Part shown: positions 26,387 through 36,496 of the stretch, piece by piece
Layout of the letters: every line of letters starts with the position of its first letter
How positions within the stretch are numbered: the stretch's first letter is position 1
Origin: an uncultured delta proteobacterium
Lineage (GTDB): Bacteria > Desulfobacterota > Binatia > Binatales > Binataceae
Reading direction: 5' to 3'
Length of the DNA stretch: 64,000 nucleotides
Assembly (NCBI GenBank): GCA_963711565.1
Contig: CAVQEQ010000003.1
Location: 704,001 to 768,000, forward strand
Position numbers and translations under genes: made by a program
Notes under the pieces: model-generated
What the model was told of the DNA's origin: nothing
Seen by the model: only the letters and a program-made list of their open reading frames with translations
Database searches by the model: none

Positions 26387-28756
26387 CTACCCGTGATCGG
26401 CAGAAGTTTCCTGCTCGCCGCCAATCGCGATCGTCTTTCTCACCAGCGTCGTCGAATCGAAAAATAGAAACGGCGTCGGCATCGTATCGGCCGGCCGCGG
26501 CTTGATCGCGAGTTCCGGCGTATCCGGCAAGCCGTTGGTCTGATCGATGACAGTCACGATGAACGGCGCGGGCGTCGCGAGCTTGAGCGTCAGCTCGAAT
26601 CCTCCCGCCGGCGCGTGCCAGTACCATCCGCTCCATCCGTCGGTGACGCGATCGCCCGGCGACATCCCGTCAATCGAGCAGCCGAGCACTGTGACGCCAA
26701 TCGGCACCGACATCCACACGATCGGCGCTTTGCGCGTCGACGCGATATGCATCTTGACCGTGCGCGTGCCGGCGACCGTCGAGTCGTCGAGAACCTTGAG
26801 CTCGGGCGGCGGCGCGTTGATGAGCGGGGCGTCGCCCTCGGTCGTGCGGCCGTGATTCAGATATGCGAAGTCGCGCGAGATGTTCGCGAGGTCACTGTCG
26901 GGCGTATCTCGAGTCGCGAGACCGGCGAGCTTCGGCAGCCATCCGCCGCGCACGTGATGCTGGAAAAATTGCGAGGTGAACCGGTCGGGCCGCGAATCCA
27001 GGCTGACCCATCGGGCACGCGCGCGGTCGGTGTCCTGAAAATAGAAGATACTGTCGGGATGCGGTTGAGATGCATCGAAATTGCCGGCGGCGTTGCCTTT
27101 GACGATCATCACGAGCGCGAGCACTCCGAGCACGCCAGGCACGATCCAGCGCCGTCCGGCGGTTAGAAAATCGATGTACGGGATGAACAAGCCGAAGAGC
27201 AGGACGGTGGTCAGCGCGCAAAAAATGAGGAAGAGGATCGTGCCGTCGGCGCGCGCAGCGAATGAGGGCGCAAGCATCACAGTTGCCGGCGCTATCGCGA
27301 TCAGTGCGGGAATCGCGAAGCGTCTATCGTTCGCATGCGGCCGGTAGCTCATCGCGATCGCCGCGAACTGCAGCGGCCAAGTGAAAATATAGCTGCCGCC
27401 GGGCATCGCGAAGCTCGCGGCGATCATCATGACAGTCCACACGAGGAGTGCGCCCGCGCCCAGGTTTTGCAGACGGAAGCTGCGGCCGATCAACTCGTAC
27501 GCCACCCACAACGTGCCGAAAATCAGAGCGTCCGCCGCGACCGAAAAGTAGAAGCCGCCGTACGTCGTGTGGACCGGCAGCATCCGCCAGCCCGCGAGCG
27601 CCGCCATCATCCACCACACTCCGCGCGCCTCGGCGACCGCGACCACGATTGCGATCGCATAGATCGCAAATCCAGATGCGACACCGCCGATGCTGAAGCG
27701 TCCGTCGCGGATTCCAATCCAAATGATGCCGAGAACCAGGATCGCCACGAGGATCGCCAGCGGAATCGCGAGCCACGCGGAGTAATGAACCAATTCTCCG
27801 ACGACAACGAAGAAAACAGTGTCGTGGGTTTGCGGCGCGTTCAGATCGATCGAGCCGAACTGCCGCGCCATCGACAGGGCGTACGATCCTTGATGCTGCA
27901 GCGTGAGCTGGTCGAGCAGGTCGGCGCTGTCGAGCGCGGTGTGATAGCGCGTGATGCCGCCGGCCGCCGCGAAGTTCATCCCCGCCGGTCCGGCGTCGAG
28001 AAAAACCGTCAGGTCGGTGTCGTTGGGCATCCGCTTGTAGACGGTTTCAGCCCCCGAGCTAGCGTGAGGAAATGGCGCCGCGGCCGCTAGCTGATCGATC
28101 AGCCACGAATCGTGCGCGCTGGTCTGGAACATCATCGACGGTCCGTAGTCGCCGCGCATCTCGAAGTTCAGCACGACTTTGATCTTGTCGAGCGCCGGGT
28201 AGGTTTCAACGAAACCCTGCGCGCCAAGCATTCCGAGCTCCTCGCCGTCGGTGAACAACACGATCAGATCGTTGCTGAGCGCGGGTCCGGCCTTGAGCGC
28301 ACGCATCGCCTCGAGAATCGCGGCGACAGACGCGGCGTCGTCGCCTGCCCCCGGTCCGCTTGGCACCGAGTCGTAATGCGCGACGATCATAAGCGCGCCC
28401 GTTGGATGCGAACCGGGAATCTTCGCGACCAGGTTGTTCACTTCCGCCCACGTATCGGGCCCGAATGGAGTGTGTCGCGCGACAATCGTGGTCTGCACCT
28501 CGGGATTCGCGCCGAGCTCACGCAAGCGCCCGGCCAGGTACTCGCGCACTCGATCGTTTTCGGCTGAGCCGAGCGGATGTGGCTTCTTCGCGATTTCGCG
28601 CACGTCGCGCATCGCGCGCGCCGCGGAGAATTCCATCGCGGGCGCGTTCTCGTCAGCGGCGGGTGGAGGCTCGATACTGTGGATCGCGAATAGTCCGAGC
28701 AGGATCAACAGCGCGAACGCGATTGGCCCGGCGAGATGGCGCGATTCGCCGGTCAA
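26387..28756 (-). CDS. M28 family membrane metallopeptidase (ERMP1-like)
   Basis: AHYDSV, GAGDD, DGEELG, NFEMRG, YHTALD followed by about 8 TMs and a C-terminal domain. Confidence 0.9.
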   Translation of the reverse strand: MTGESRHLAGPIAFALLILLGLFAIHSIEPPPAADENAPAMEFSAARAMRDVREIAKKPHPLGSAENDRVREYLAGRLRELGANPEVQTTIVARHTPFGPDTWAEVNNLVAKIPGSHPTGALMIVAHYDSVPSGPGAGDDAASVAAILEAMRALKAGPALSNDLIVLFTDGEELGMLGAQGFVETYPALDKIKVVLNFEMRGDYGPSMMFQTSAHDSWLIDQLAAAAPFPHASSGAETVYKRMPNDTDLTVFLDAGPAGMNFAAAGGITRYHTALDSADLLDQLTLQHQGSYALSMARQFGSIDLNAPQTHDTVFFVVVGELVHYSAWLAIPLAILVAILVLGIIWIGIRDGRFSIGGVASGFAIYAIAIVVAVAEARGVWWMMAALAGWRMLPVHTTYGGFYFSVAADALIFGTLWVAYELIGRSFRLQNLGAGALLVWTVMMIAASFAMPGGSYIFTWPLQFAAIAMSYRPHANDRRFAIPALIAIAPATVMLAPSFAARADGTILFLIFCALTTVLLFGLFIPYIDFLTAGRRWIVPGVLGVLALVMIVKGNAAGNFDASQPHPDSIFYFQDTDRARARWVSLDSRPDRFTSQFFQHHVRGGWLPKLAGLATRDTPDSDLANISRDFAYLNHGRTTEGDAPLINAPPPELKVLDDSTVAGTRTVKMHIASTRKAPIVWMSVPIGVTVLGCSIDGMSPGDRVTDGWSGWYWHAPAGGFELTLKLATPAPFIVTVIDQTNGLPDTPELAIKPRPADTMPTPFLFFDSTTLVRKTIAIGGEQETSADHG
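26406..26424. repeat. 19-bp direct repeat, right island boundary
   Basis: Identical to 23793-23811; encodes GGEQET at the M28 C-terminus. Confidence 0.9.
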
Positions 28757-28898
28757 CTGGGGAGTTCCTTCGCCATCTCAATGCCATTTATACGCGGATG
28801 CCGACGCCGCGAACAATTGCGCGCACGCTCTTTGCGGCACCGGTCCGCGTCGTTATCATCGAGCGTTGGAGCAGAAGCCGGCCTCGACGATTCTCAAA

Positions 28899-29978
28899 AT
28901 GTCCTCTCCCGAAGCTATCGCCCCGCAAATCTCGCCGCCGCCGCATCGTGTGTTGATCGTGTTGCTCGGCGCAATCGGCGACGTGGTGCGCGCGCTGCCG
29001 TTGCTCGGGCGTATTCGCAACGCATGGCCCGACTCGCATATCGCGTGGGCGGTCGAACCCAAGTCGAAGGCTGTGCTCGAACACCATCGATGGCTCGATG
29101 AGATCATCGTGTACGATCGCGCGCACGCGCCGTGGACGTTCATTCCGTTCCTGCGAAGAGTTCGCAAAGGGCACTTCGACCTGGTCATCGATCTTCAGCG
29201 TCACCTCAAGAGCGGTCTCACCTCGCGAATCTCGGGCGCGCGCGATCGTTTCGGCTTCGCCGCGGCGAACACCAAGGAGTTCAACCATCGGTTTTCGAAT
29301 CATCACATCGCGCCGCAACCGAACATGCGGCTGAAGCTACTTCAGTACCAGGCGTTCGGCGATGCGCTCGGAATCCCGCCGGCGCCGATCGAATTCGGAC
29401 TCGCCGCGACCGACGACGAACGCGCCCGCGCGCTCGCAATGCTGCGCGACGCGCCGCGTCCGATCCTTGCCGTGATTCTTGGCTCGTCGTGGCCGAGCCG
29501 CATCTATTTTCCCGAATCGACGGCCGCGGTGATTCGCGGGGTCGCGCGCGCCGACGACGACAATCCCGCGTTGTTTCCCGTGTTGCTCGGCGGTCCCGAC
29601 GAAACGAAACTGGCCGACGGAGTCATGCGTCATCTCGACGGCGTGCCGGCGCTCAACCTGGCTGGGCGCACCTCGCTGCGCGATCTGATCGCGATCTTTC
29701 CCGAATGCGCCGTCGCCTTCGGACCCGACTCCGGCCCGATGCATATCGCGGCCGCGGTGGGATGCCCGGTGGTGTCGTTGTGGGGCGCCACCGCTGCGGA
29801 GCGGTCCGCGCCGTGGGGCTTTGCCGAGCTCGCGATCAGCGGCGCGATCCCGTGCCATCCCTGCTATCTTCGACAATGCCCGATCGGGCGCGAATGCATG
29901 CGGCGAATATCCCCCGAAGAAGTCGAAGTGACCGTGCGGCGCGCGCTGGCGATGCACCGAGTTGGAGCGGCGCGATGA
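28899..29978 (+). CDS. glycosyltransferase family 9 (LPS heptosyltransferase)
   Basis: GAIGDVV, DLVIDLQ, LAGRTSL, DSGPMHIAAAVG, CHPC. Confidence 0.9.
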   Translation: MSSPEAIAPQISPPPHRVLIVLLGAIGDVVRALPLLGRIRNAWPDSHIAWAVEPKSKAVLEHHRWLDEIIVYDRAHAPWTFIPFLRRVRKGHFDLVIDLQRHLKSGLTSRISGARDRFGFAAANTKEFNHRFSNHHIAPQPNMRLKLLQYQAFGDALGIPPAPIEFGLAATDDERARALAMLRDAPRPILAVILGSSWPSRIYFPESTAAVIRGVARADDDNPALFPVLLGGPDETKLADGVMRHLDGVPALNLAGRTSLRDLIAIFPECAVAFGPDSGPMHIAAAVGCPVVSLWGATAAERSAPWGFAELAISGAIPCHPCYLRQCPIGRECMRRISPEEVEVTVRRALAMHRVGAAR

Positions 29979-30841
29979 GCTGGTGGATGGCGGGCTTTGA
30001 CGGGGTGCCGTTGACGCGCGGCGGGTGGACCTTCTTTTTGCCGGACTACGACGCGCGATATTCCGAGGAGCTTCGCGAGCGCCTGATCGATTCAGCATTC
30101 GCTGCGATCGACGGCACGCTGGCGACTCGAGTGCGGCGTTCGCGGCACGCCGAAACGTGGGTCGAGCATTTCGATCAGGTCGGCGGTCCGGCCGCATATT
30201 TCAAGGTGCTCGACCCGATTCGCGGGCTGAATCGCGTCGCGAGGATATTCAAGCGCAGGCGTGCGGCGCACGTTGCGTCGATCTCGGAGCATCTGCGGGC
30301 CGACGCGGTGGGAGTGCCGGAAATTCTGCTGCTCGGCGCCGAGCGCCGCGGCGGCCGCGAGATTATCGTGACGGCGCGCGTCGAGGGATTCAGCATTGCG
30401 CGTCATTTGCGGCGTGCGAAGCTGGCGTCGAGGCGGGTGGTGCTGCGCGCGCTGGGCGCGGAGGTCGCGCGGCTGCATCGCGCCGGATACATCCACGGCG
30501 ACCTGTCGCCGTTTAACGTCTTCGTCACCGCACTCGAACCGCCGCAATTCGTTTTCATCGATCACGAACGCACGCGACGGACGGTCATGAGCCGCTTCGC
30601 GCGACCGCGGATGCGCAACCTCGTGCAGCTCGGTCATCTCGAACTCTTTGACGTCACGAATACGGATCGGATGCGCGTATGGTGCGGCTATGCGGCGGCG
30701 TTTTCGGCGCGACGCCGGCGGGCGGAACGACGCCGCGTCGCCGCGATGCTGCGCGAAAGAATCGCGAAAGACCGCAAAGGTGGAGTCGCCGGTCGTGTCG
30801 CCGCCTCTCTCGGGCCGCGCCGGGAAGCAAAAGGTAGCTGA
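29975..30841 (+). CDS. LPS kinase (Kdo/WaaP/InaA family)
   Basis: LHRAGYIHGDLSPFNV, FIDHE, RNLVQL; ATGA overlap with the GT9 gene. Confidence 0.75.
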   Translation: MSWWMAGFDGVPLTRGGWTFFLPDYDARYSEELRERLIDSAFAAIDGTLATRVRRSRHAETWVEHFDQVGGPAAYFKVLDPIRGLNRVARIFKRRRAAHVASISEHLRADAVGVPEILLLGAERRGGREIIVTARVEGFSIARHLRRAKLASRRVVLRALGAEVARLHRAGYIHGDLSPFNVFVTALEPPQFVFIDHERTRRTVMSRFARPRMRNLVQLGHLELFDVTNTDRMRVWCGYAAAFSARRRRAERRRVAAMLRERIAKDRKGGVAGRVAASLGPRREAKGS

Positions 30842-31533
30842 TGGCGGAGCGGACAAAAATTTCGGTGGTGATTCCCGTGTATAACGAAGTCGCGACGATC
30901 GGCCGCGTGATAGAGCGCGTGCTGGATTGCGGCTTCGACCCCGAGGTCATCGTCGTCGATGACGCTTCGAGCGACGGCACCGCGAAATTTCTGCGCGAGT
31001 TCAGCCATCCGCAGGTTCGCTGTTTTTTTCACAGCGTCAATCGCGGCAAAGGCGCGGCGCTGCGGCTTGGCTTTGCGGCGGCGAAAAATCCCTATGTGTT
31101 CGTCCAGGATGCCGACCTCGAATACGATCCGCGGGACTACGCGGCGATGATCGGGCCGATGCTCGACGGCCGCGCCGACATGGTGTACGGTTCGCGCTTT
31201 CTCTCGGGGCCGCATCGCGTCATGTTCTTCTGGCATTACGTGGCGAACCGCGCGGTGACGCTGCTGTCCGACATGATCAGCGATCTGAATCTGACCGACA
31301 TGGAAACGGGGATGAAGGGTTTCGTCCGCGAGAAGCTGATGACGCTCAAGCTCAGCGCCAATCGCTTCACCTTCGAGCCCGAGATAACCGCGAAAGCGGC
31401 GCGCGCACGATGGCGAATCTACGAAGTGCCGGTGTCGTACTCGGGACGGACGTACGAAGAGGGCAAGAAGATCGGAATGCGCGATGCGCTGACGGCGGTG
31501 TGCGCAATCCTGTATTACAGATTTTTCGATTGA
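30841..31533 (+). CDS. glycosyltransferase family 2 (polyprenol-phosphate sugar synthase-like)
   Basis: IPVYNE, VDDASSDGT, NRGKGAA, QDADLEYDP, DMETG, GKKI. Confidence 0.9.
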   Translation: MAERTKISVVIPVYNEVATIGRVIERVLDCGFDPEVIVVDDASSDGTAKFLREFSHPQVRCFFHSVNRGKGAALRLGFAAAKNPYVFVQDADLEYDPRDYAAMIGPMLDGRADMVYGSRFLSGPHRVMFFWHYVANRAVTLLSDMISDLNLTDMETGMKGFVREKLMTLKLSANRFTFEPEITAKAARARWRIYEVPVSYSGRTYEEGKKIGMRDALTAVCAILYYRFFD

Positions 31534-32744
31534 TGCGACCGAACCGTGATATGACGCAGACAGTTCAACAGGACGACGCCAACCAAGTGAATCCCGACGC
31601 ACACAAGGCTGAAGCTCAGGCGCTGAGCGTCGTGGGGGTCGATCCCGAGCTCGGCTTCGGCGGTGGCGAGACGCAGGTGCTCGGGCTGACGCTCGCGCTG
31701 GTGGCCGGCGGGCAGCGTGCGGAACTGATTTGCGATCCGGCGGGACGGCTCTGGGAGCAAGCGGCCGCTACCGGCATAAAATGTCACCCTATTCGCATCC
31801 GCAACGCGATCGACCTGGCGGCCGGCGTCAAGCTGCGCGCGATCCTCAAACGCGAACGTTACGAGGTCGTTCATTTTCATACTTCGCGCGCGCATTCGAT
31901 GGCGCCGTTTGCGCGAGGCTTTGGCAGTACGCTGGTCGTTACGCGGCGGATGGACTACCGGCCTAATCGCGTCTTTGCGCCGTATCTGTACAATCGCGCG
32001 GTCAACGGCGTGGTCGCGATCTCCGGTGGCGTTGCCGATTCGCTCGCGGCTGCGGGCGTCGATCGGCAGCGCATTACGGTTGTCAATAGCGGCGTCAATT
32101 GTGAGCACTTCCGTCCGCCGACCATTCAGGAACGTGCCGATGCGCGCGACGCGCTCGGAATTTCCGACGGTGAGCTCCTGATATCGGCGGTTGGCGCGCT
32201 CGAGCAGCGCAAGGGCCATCGCTATCTGATCGAAGCGATCGGAGCGCTCGTGAGAAAAGAGAACTTAGTCAAGGTGAGGTGCCTCATCGCAGGTCAGGGT
32301 GCTATTGGTCCATTACTCCAAAACGAAGTCGCCCTCCTCAGACGCGCCGACCGCATCAAGCTGATCGGCAGAATCGACGACCCGCGCGAGCTGCTGTGGG
32401 CGTCGGACATTTTCACGATGCCGTCGTTGAAGGAAGGTCTTGGTGTAGCGGCTCTGGAAGCGATGGCGAGCGCACTCCCGGTGATTGCAAGCGATGTTGG
32501 CGGCCTGCGCGAAGTGGTGGTGCCGGAACGCACGGGGATCATTGTGCCGCCTGCGAATACCGATGCAATCGCTTCGGCGATCAAACGTCTGGCGGAATCG
32601 GCGGAGCTGAGAGCGCAGATGGGTGCGGCTGCGCGAGCGCGCGCGGTGGAGAATTACTCGATGGAGCAGATGGCGGCACGGACGCTCGCGCTCTATCGCG
32701 AGTGTGTGAGAAAAACGCGGGACGAAAGGGGCGCAGTCGCATGA
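31533..32744 (+). CDS. glycosyltransferase family 4
   Basis: GGGETQ, KGH, PSLKEGLGVAALEAMA, SDVGGLREVV. Confidence 0.9.
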   Translation: MRPNRDMTQTVQQDDANQVNPDAHKAEAQALSVVGVDPELGFGGGETQVLGLTLALVAGGQRAELICDPAGRLWEQAAATGIKCHPIRIRNAIDLAAGVKLRAILKRERYEVVHFHTSRAHSMAPFARGFGSTLVVTRRMDYRPNRVFAPYLYNRAVNGVVAISGGVADSLAAAGVDRQRITVVNSGVNCEHFRPPTIQERADARDALGISDGELLISAVGALEQRKGHRYLIEAIGALVRKENLVKVRCLIAGQGAIGPLLQNEVALLRRADRIKLIGRIDDPRELLWASDIFTMPSLKEGLGVAALEAMASALPVIASDVGGLREVVVPERTGIIVPPANTDAIASAIKRLAESAELRAQMGAAARARAVENYSMEQMAARTLALYRECVRKTRDERGAVA

Positions 32745-33616
32745 AAAGCATGACGGGATTTGGCAGGGCTATCGCCGAGCATGACGGCACTCGCGTGACT
32801 GCCGAAGTGCGCGCACTCAACCAGAGATTTTTTGAACTCAAGCTGGCGGTGCCGCGCGGATGGGGCGAGCATGAAGCGGAGATTCGCAAGACCGTGCAGA
32901 GCGTCGTGGCGCGCGGGCGAGTCGAAATTTTTATCAAGGCCGTGGCGTTGAAACCGCCGCCGGTGCGACTCGAGGTCAATGACAGGCTGGCCAATCTGTA
33001 TGTCGCCGAGTTGCGCCGTCTCGGCAAGCAGCTTCATCTCGTTGGCAATCCGGAAATCGGATCGATTCTGAATCGGCCCGAAATTTTTCACGTCGTCGAG
33101 GAAGAGCACGACTCGAGTACGGCGTACAAGCTCGGGCAGAAGGCGCTGGTGCGCGCGTTGAAGGCGCTGGAGGCCGAGCGAGTGCGCGAGGGCCGCAGCC
33201 TGCACGACGACTTCGCGGCGCGGGTGCGCAATATCGAGGCGGCAGTGCCGAAGATCGAAAAGCTGGCAGAGCAGACGCGCGTGGAGATCATGGAAAACTT
33301 TCACAAGCGCATTCGCGAACTGCTCGAAGAGTTGCCGGTCAACGAGAAACGCCTGTATGAGGAGGCGTCGTCGGCGTCGCAGCACGGCGATATCAGCGAA
33401 GAACTCACGCGTCTGCGCACGCATCTTGACGGGCTGAAGGCGCTGCTCAAGCGCAAAGGGCAGGTCGGCAAGTCGATTGAATTTCTGCTGCAGGAAATCA
33501 ACCGTGAAGTAAATACGATGGGATCGAAATCGCAGAACGCGGCGTTATCTCAAGTAACGGTTGAAGTTAAAGCGGAGGCCGAAAAGATGCGCGAGCAGGT
33601 CCAGAACGTCGAATAG
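32741..33616 (+). CDS. yicC: YicC/YloC family endoribonuclease
   Basis: MKSMTGFG, RGRVE, DISEELTRL, QEINREVNTMGSK, EKMREQVQNVE. Confidence 0.93.
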   Translation: MKSMTGFGRAIAEHDGTRVTAEVRALNQRFFELKLAVPRGWGEHEAEIRKTVQSVVARGRVEIFIKAVALKPPPVRLEVNDRLANLYVAELRRLGKQLHLVGNPEIGSILNRPEIFHVVEEEHDSSTAYKLGQKALVRALKALEAERVREGRSLHDDFAARVRNIEAAVPKIEKLAEQTRVEIMENFHKRIRELLEELPVNEKRLYEEASSASQHGDISEELTRLRTHLDGLKALLKRKGQVGKSIEFLLQEINREVNTMGSKSQNAALSQVTVEVKAEAEKMREQVQNVE

Positions 33617-33647
33617 GATATAGCAAAAGGGACTTTGCACTCGCTGA

Positions 33648-34292
33648 ATGCCTTCTATACCCTTGAAATCAGGTGACTCCTTGCCGCCGAGACGGGGTAT
33701 AATCTTCATACTATCGGCGCCGTCGGGCGCTGGCAAAACGACGATTTATCGCGCGGCGCTCAAGGCGATCGCGGGACTGGAATTTTCGATATCGTTGACC
33801 ACGCGCGCGCCGCGCGAAGGCGAGGCGGACGGAATCGATTACAGCTTCGTGCGGGAAGAAGAATTCAAACGCAGGCAATCAGCCGGCGAGCTCGCCGAAT
33901 GGGCGCGTGTGTTCGACTCGTCGTACGGCACACCGCGCGCGCCGCTCGACGCCGCGATCGCCTCGGGCCACGACATCCTGCTCGACATCGACATCCAGGG
34001 TGCGCGGCAGATTCGTGCAAAGTATCCCGACGACGCGGTTTCGATTTTTGTGCTGGCGCCGACGTTTGAAGAACTCGCCGGGCGCCTCCGCGGCCGCGCG
34101 ACCGAGGATGAATCGAAGATTCAACACCGTCTTCAGAAAGCGCGCGAAGAGGCGCAGGCCTATCCCGAATACGACTACCTGATCGTCAACGCGGAGATTT
34201 CCGAATCTGTCGCGCGGCTCGAGACGATCGTAAACGCAGAGCGGCTCAAGGTCAGCCGCCTGCGCGGCGAATTTGCGCCATGGAAGAGCTAG
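33648..34292 (+). CDS. gmk: guanylate kinase
   Basis: SAPSGAGKTT, TTRAPREGEADGIDYSF, YGT, DIDIQGA. Confidence 0.95.
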   Translation: MPSIPLKSGDSLPPRRGIIFILSAPSGAGKTTIYRAALKAIAGLEFSISLTTRAPREGEADGIDYSFVREEEFKRRQSAGELAEWARVFDSSYGTPRAPLDAAIASGHDILLDIDIQGARQIRAKYPDDAVSIFVLAPTFEELAGRLRGRATEDESKIQHRLQKAREEAQAYPEYDYLIVNAEISESVARLETIVNAERLKVSRLRGEFAPWKS

Positions 34293-36496
34293 CGCAAAGC
34301 GTTCCCCCCGACCAACTCGACGGCCTGATCAGCCGGGTGAAGAGCTACAATTCGCAGGCAGACATCGGCTTGATCTTGCGCGCGTACGATTATTCGGCGC
34401 GGATGCATCTGCATCAGAAGCGCGAATCGGGCGAGCCCTACGTCACGCATCCGCTCAACGTCGCGATGATCATCGCGCAGCTCAAGCTCGACGTGCCGTC
34501 GATCGTCACCGGCCTGCTGCACGACGTGGTCGAGGATACGCACGCGTCGCTCGCGGAGGTGCAGACGGCGTTTGGCCCCGAGGTCGCGCAGCTCGTTAAC
34601 GGGGTGACCAAGGTCTCGAAGATCACGTTCCAGAGCCGCGAGGAAAAGCAGGCCGAGAATTTCCGCAAGATGATCATCGCGATGGCGAACGACATTCGCG
34701 TCGTGCTGATCAAGCTGGCCGACCGCCTGCACAATATGCGCACGCTCGACCATCTCTCCGCCGAACGCCAGAATGAAATCGCGAGAGAGACGATGGAAAT
34801 CTACGCGCCGATCGCGCATCGCCTCGGTATTTATTGGCTCAAATCGGAGCTCGAGGACCTGGCGTTTCGTTATTTGAATCCCACCGCGTACCAGGCGCTG
34901 AAGGCGTTTGTCGCAGCGAAGCGCAAGGAGCGCGAAGAATACATCGCGAACGTAATCGCGATCCTGTCGCGCCGCATGTCCGACGGTGGAGTGACGGCCG
35001 AGGTCACCGGCCGGCCGAAGCATTTTTTTTCGATTCACTCGAAGATGCAGGAGCTCGGCCTCAGCTTCGAGGAGATTTACGACCTGGTCGCGTTCCGCAT
35101 CATCGTGGACACGGTGCGCGAATGCTACGAGGCGCTCGGCGTCGTACACGCGAACTGGAAGCCGGTGCCCGGCCGTTTCAAGGATTACATCGCGCTGCCG
35201 AAAGCCAACATGTATCAGTCGCTGCACACGACGGTAATCGGGCCGCGCGGCCAGCGGATGGAAGTGCAGATTCGCACGCGCGAGATGCACAAGGTGGCCG
35301 AGGAAGGAATCGCAGCGCACTGGAGCTACAAGGACGGCAACTCGAAGGAGCTCAAGGACACCGAGCGGTTCGCATGGCTGCGGCGGCTGATCGAATGGCA
35401 GCAGAATCTGAAGGACCCGCAGGAATTTCTGTCCACCGTCAAGGACGACCTGTTTCCCGAAGAGGTTTTCGTCTTCACGCCGAAGGGAGACGTCTTCGAT
35501 TTTCCGCTCGGCTCGACAGTGATCGACTTCGCGTATCGAATCCATTCGCAGGTCGGCAACCATCTCGCGGGCGCGCGCGTCAACGGGCGGATGGTGCCGC
35601 TGCGCTACCGGCTTCGATCGGGCGACACGGTCGAGGTGCTCACGTCCGAAAAGCAGGTGCCGGGCAAGGACTGGACGAACTATGCAGCGACCGCGCGCGC
35701 GAAATCGCGCATCCGCCAATGGCTGCGGAATCAACAGGCGGAGCGCTCGCGCGACCTCGGAATCTCGCTGATCGATCGCGAGCTCGAACCCGTCAAGCTC
35801 AGCGTCACGCAGCTCAGATCGAACAAGCGGCTCGACAAAGTGCTCGGGGAATTTTCGCAGCGCGACGCCGACGGCCTGCTCGCGGCGGTCGGCTACGGAA
35901 TAGTCACACCCGCCCAAGTGCTCGCGAAGCTGCTGACGCCAGATGAACTGAAGATCTATCGTCCCGAGAAACCGCCGACGCCGCTAGGGCCCGCGCAGCG
36001 CGAACGCGCCGCCAAAGAAGCGCGCAAGTCCGCCAGCGGCGCGGTCGTGGTCTCGGGCGTCGGTGACATGCTGGTGCGCTTCGCGAAGTGCTGCAACCCG
36101 CTGCCGGGCGAAGCGATCACCGGCTTCATCACGCGCGGACGCGGCGTTACGGTGCACGTCGCAGGATGTCCGCATGCGCTCAACACCGATCCGCAGCGGC
36201 GCGTGCCGGTAGTCTGGAAGGACGGCGAGGAAGCGCCGCGGCCGATTCGGCTCGAAGTGTTATGCGCCGATCAGCCGGGCCTGCTCGCGGCGATGACCAA
36301 GGCGATCGCGTCGGCGGGCGTGAACATTTCGACCGCTGAAGTGAAGACTCACGGCGCCGACGGACGCGCGCTGGCGCTGTTCGAGGTTAGCGTGAGCAGC
36401 GCGCGTCAATTGAACAATCTGATGAACTCGATCGGCTCGATCGACGGCGTGATGCGCGTGTCGCGCCTCGGCCAGCATAACGGGAATCGCTATTGA
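34280..36496 (+). CDS. relA: bifunctional (p)ppGpp synthetase/hydrolase (Rel/SpoT)
   Basis: SGEPYVTHP, intact HD (LHDVVED), KLADRLHNMRTL, RFKDYIALPK, YQSLHT, TGS and ACT domains. Confidence 0.95.
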   Translation: MEELAQSVPPDQLDGLISRVKSYNSQADIGLILRAYDYSARMHLHQKRESGEPYVTHPLNVAMIIAQLKLDVPSIVTGLLHDVVEDTHASLAEVQTAFGPEVAQLVNGVTKVSKITFQSREEKQAENFRKMIIAMANDIRVVLIKLADRLHNMRTLDHLSAERQNEIARETMEIYAPIAHRLGIYWLKSELEDLAFRYLNPTAYQALKAFVAAKRKEREEYIANVIAILSRRMSDGGVTAEVTGRPKHFFSIHSKMQELGLSFEEIYDLVAFRIIVDTVRECYEALGVVHANWKPVPGRFKDYIALPKANMYQSLHTTVIGPRGQRMEVQIRTREMHKVAEEGIAAHWSYKDGNSKELKDTERFAWLRRLIEWQQNLKDPQEFLSTVKDDLFPEEVFVFTPKGDVFDFPLGSTVIDFAYRIHSQVGNHLAGARVNGRMVPLRYRLRSGDTVEVLTSEKQVPGKDWTNYAATARAKSRIRQWLRNQQAERSRDLGISLIDRELEPVKLSVTQLRSNKRLDKVLGEFSQRDADGLLAAVGYGIVTPAQVLAKLLTPDELKIYRPEKPPTPLGPAQRERAAKEARKSASGAVVVSGVGDMLVRFAKCCNPLPGEAITGFITRGRGVTVHVAGCPHALNTDPQRRVPVVWKDGEEAPRPIRLEVLCADQPGLLAAMTKAIASAGVNISTAEVKTHGADGRALALFEVSVSSARQLNNLMNSIGSIDGVMRVSRLGQHNGNRY

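Larger units (their letters stand above)
23793..26424. mobile_element. small integrated island (no integrase) in the 3' end of the M28 peptidase gene
   Basis: Flanking 19-bp direct repeat, visibly lower GC and atypical codon usage, three co-oriented genes. Confidence 0.7.

Noticed and set aside
28434-30841. Long N-terminal extensions of the GT9 and LPS kinase ORFs (also msbA, waaA, yicC, Gfo/Idh/MocA)
   Set aside because: Extensions overlap neighbouring genes and lack homology; starts were trimmed to coupled or homologous positions.
34289-35917. 542-aa ORF on - strand
   Set aside because: Antisense shadow of rel/spoT.
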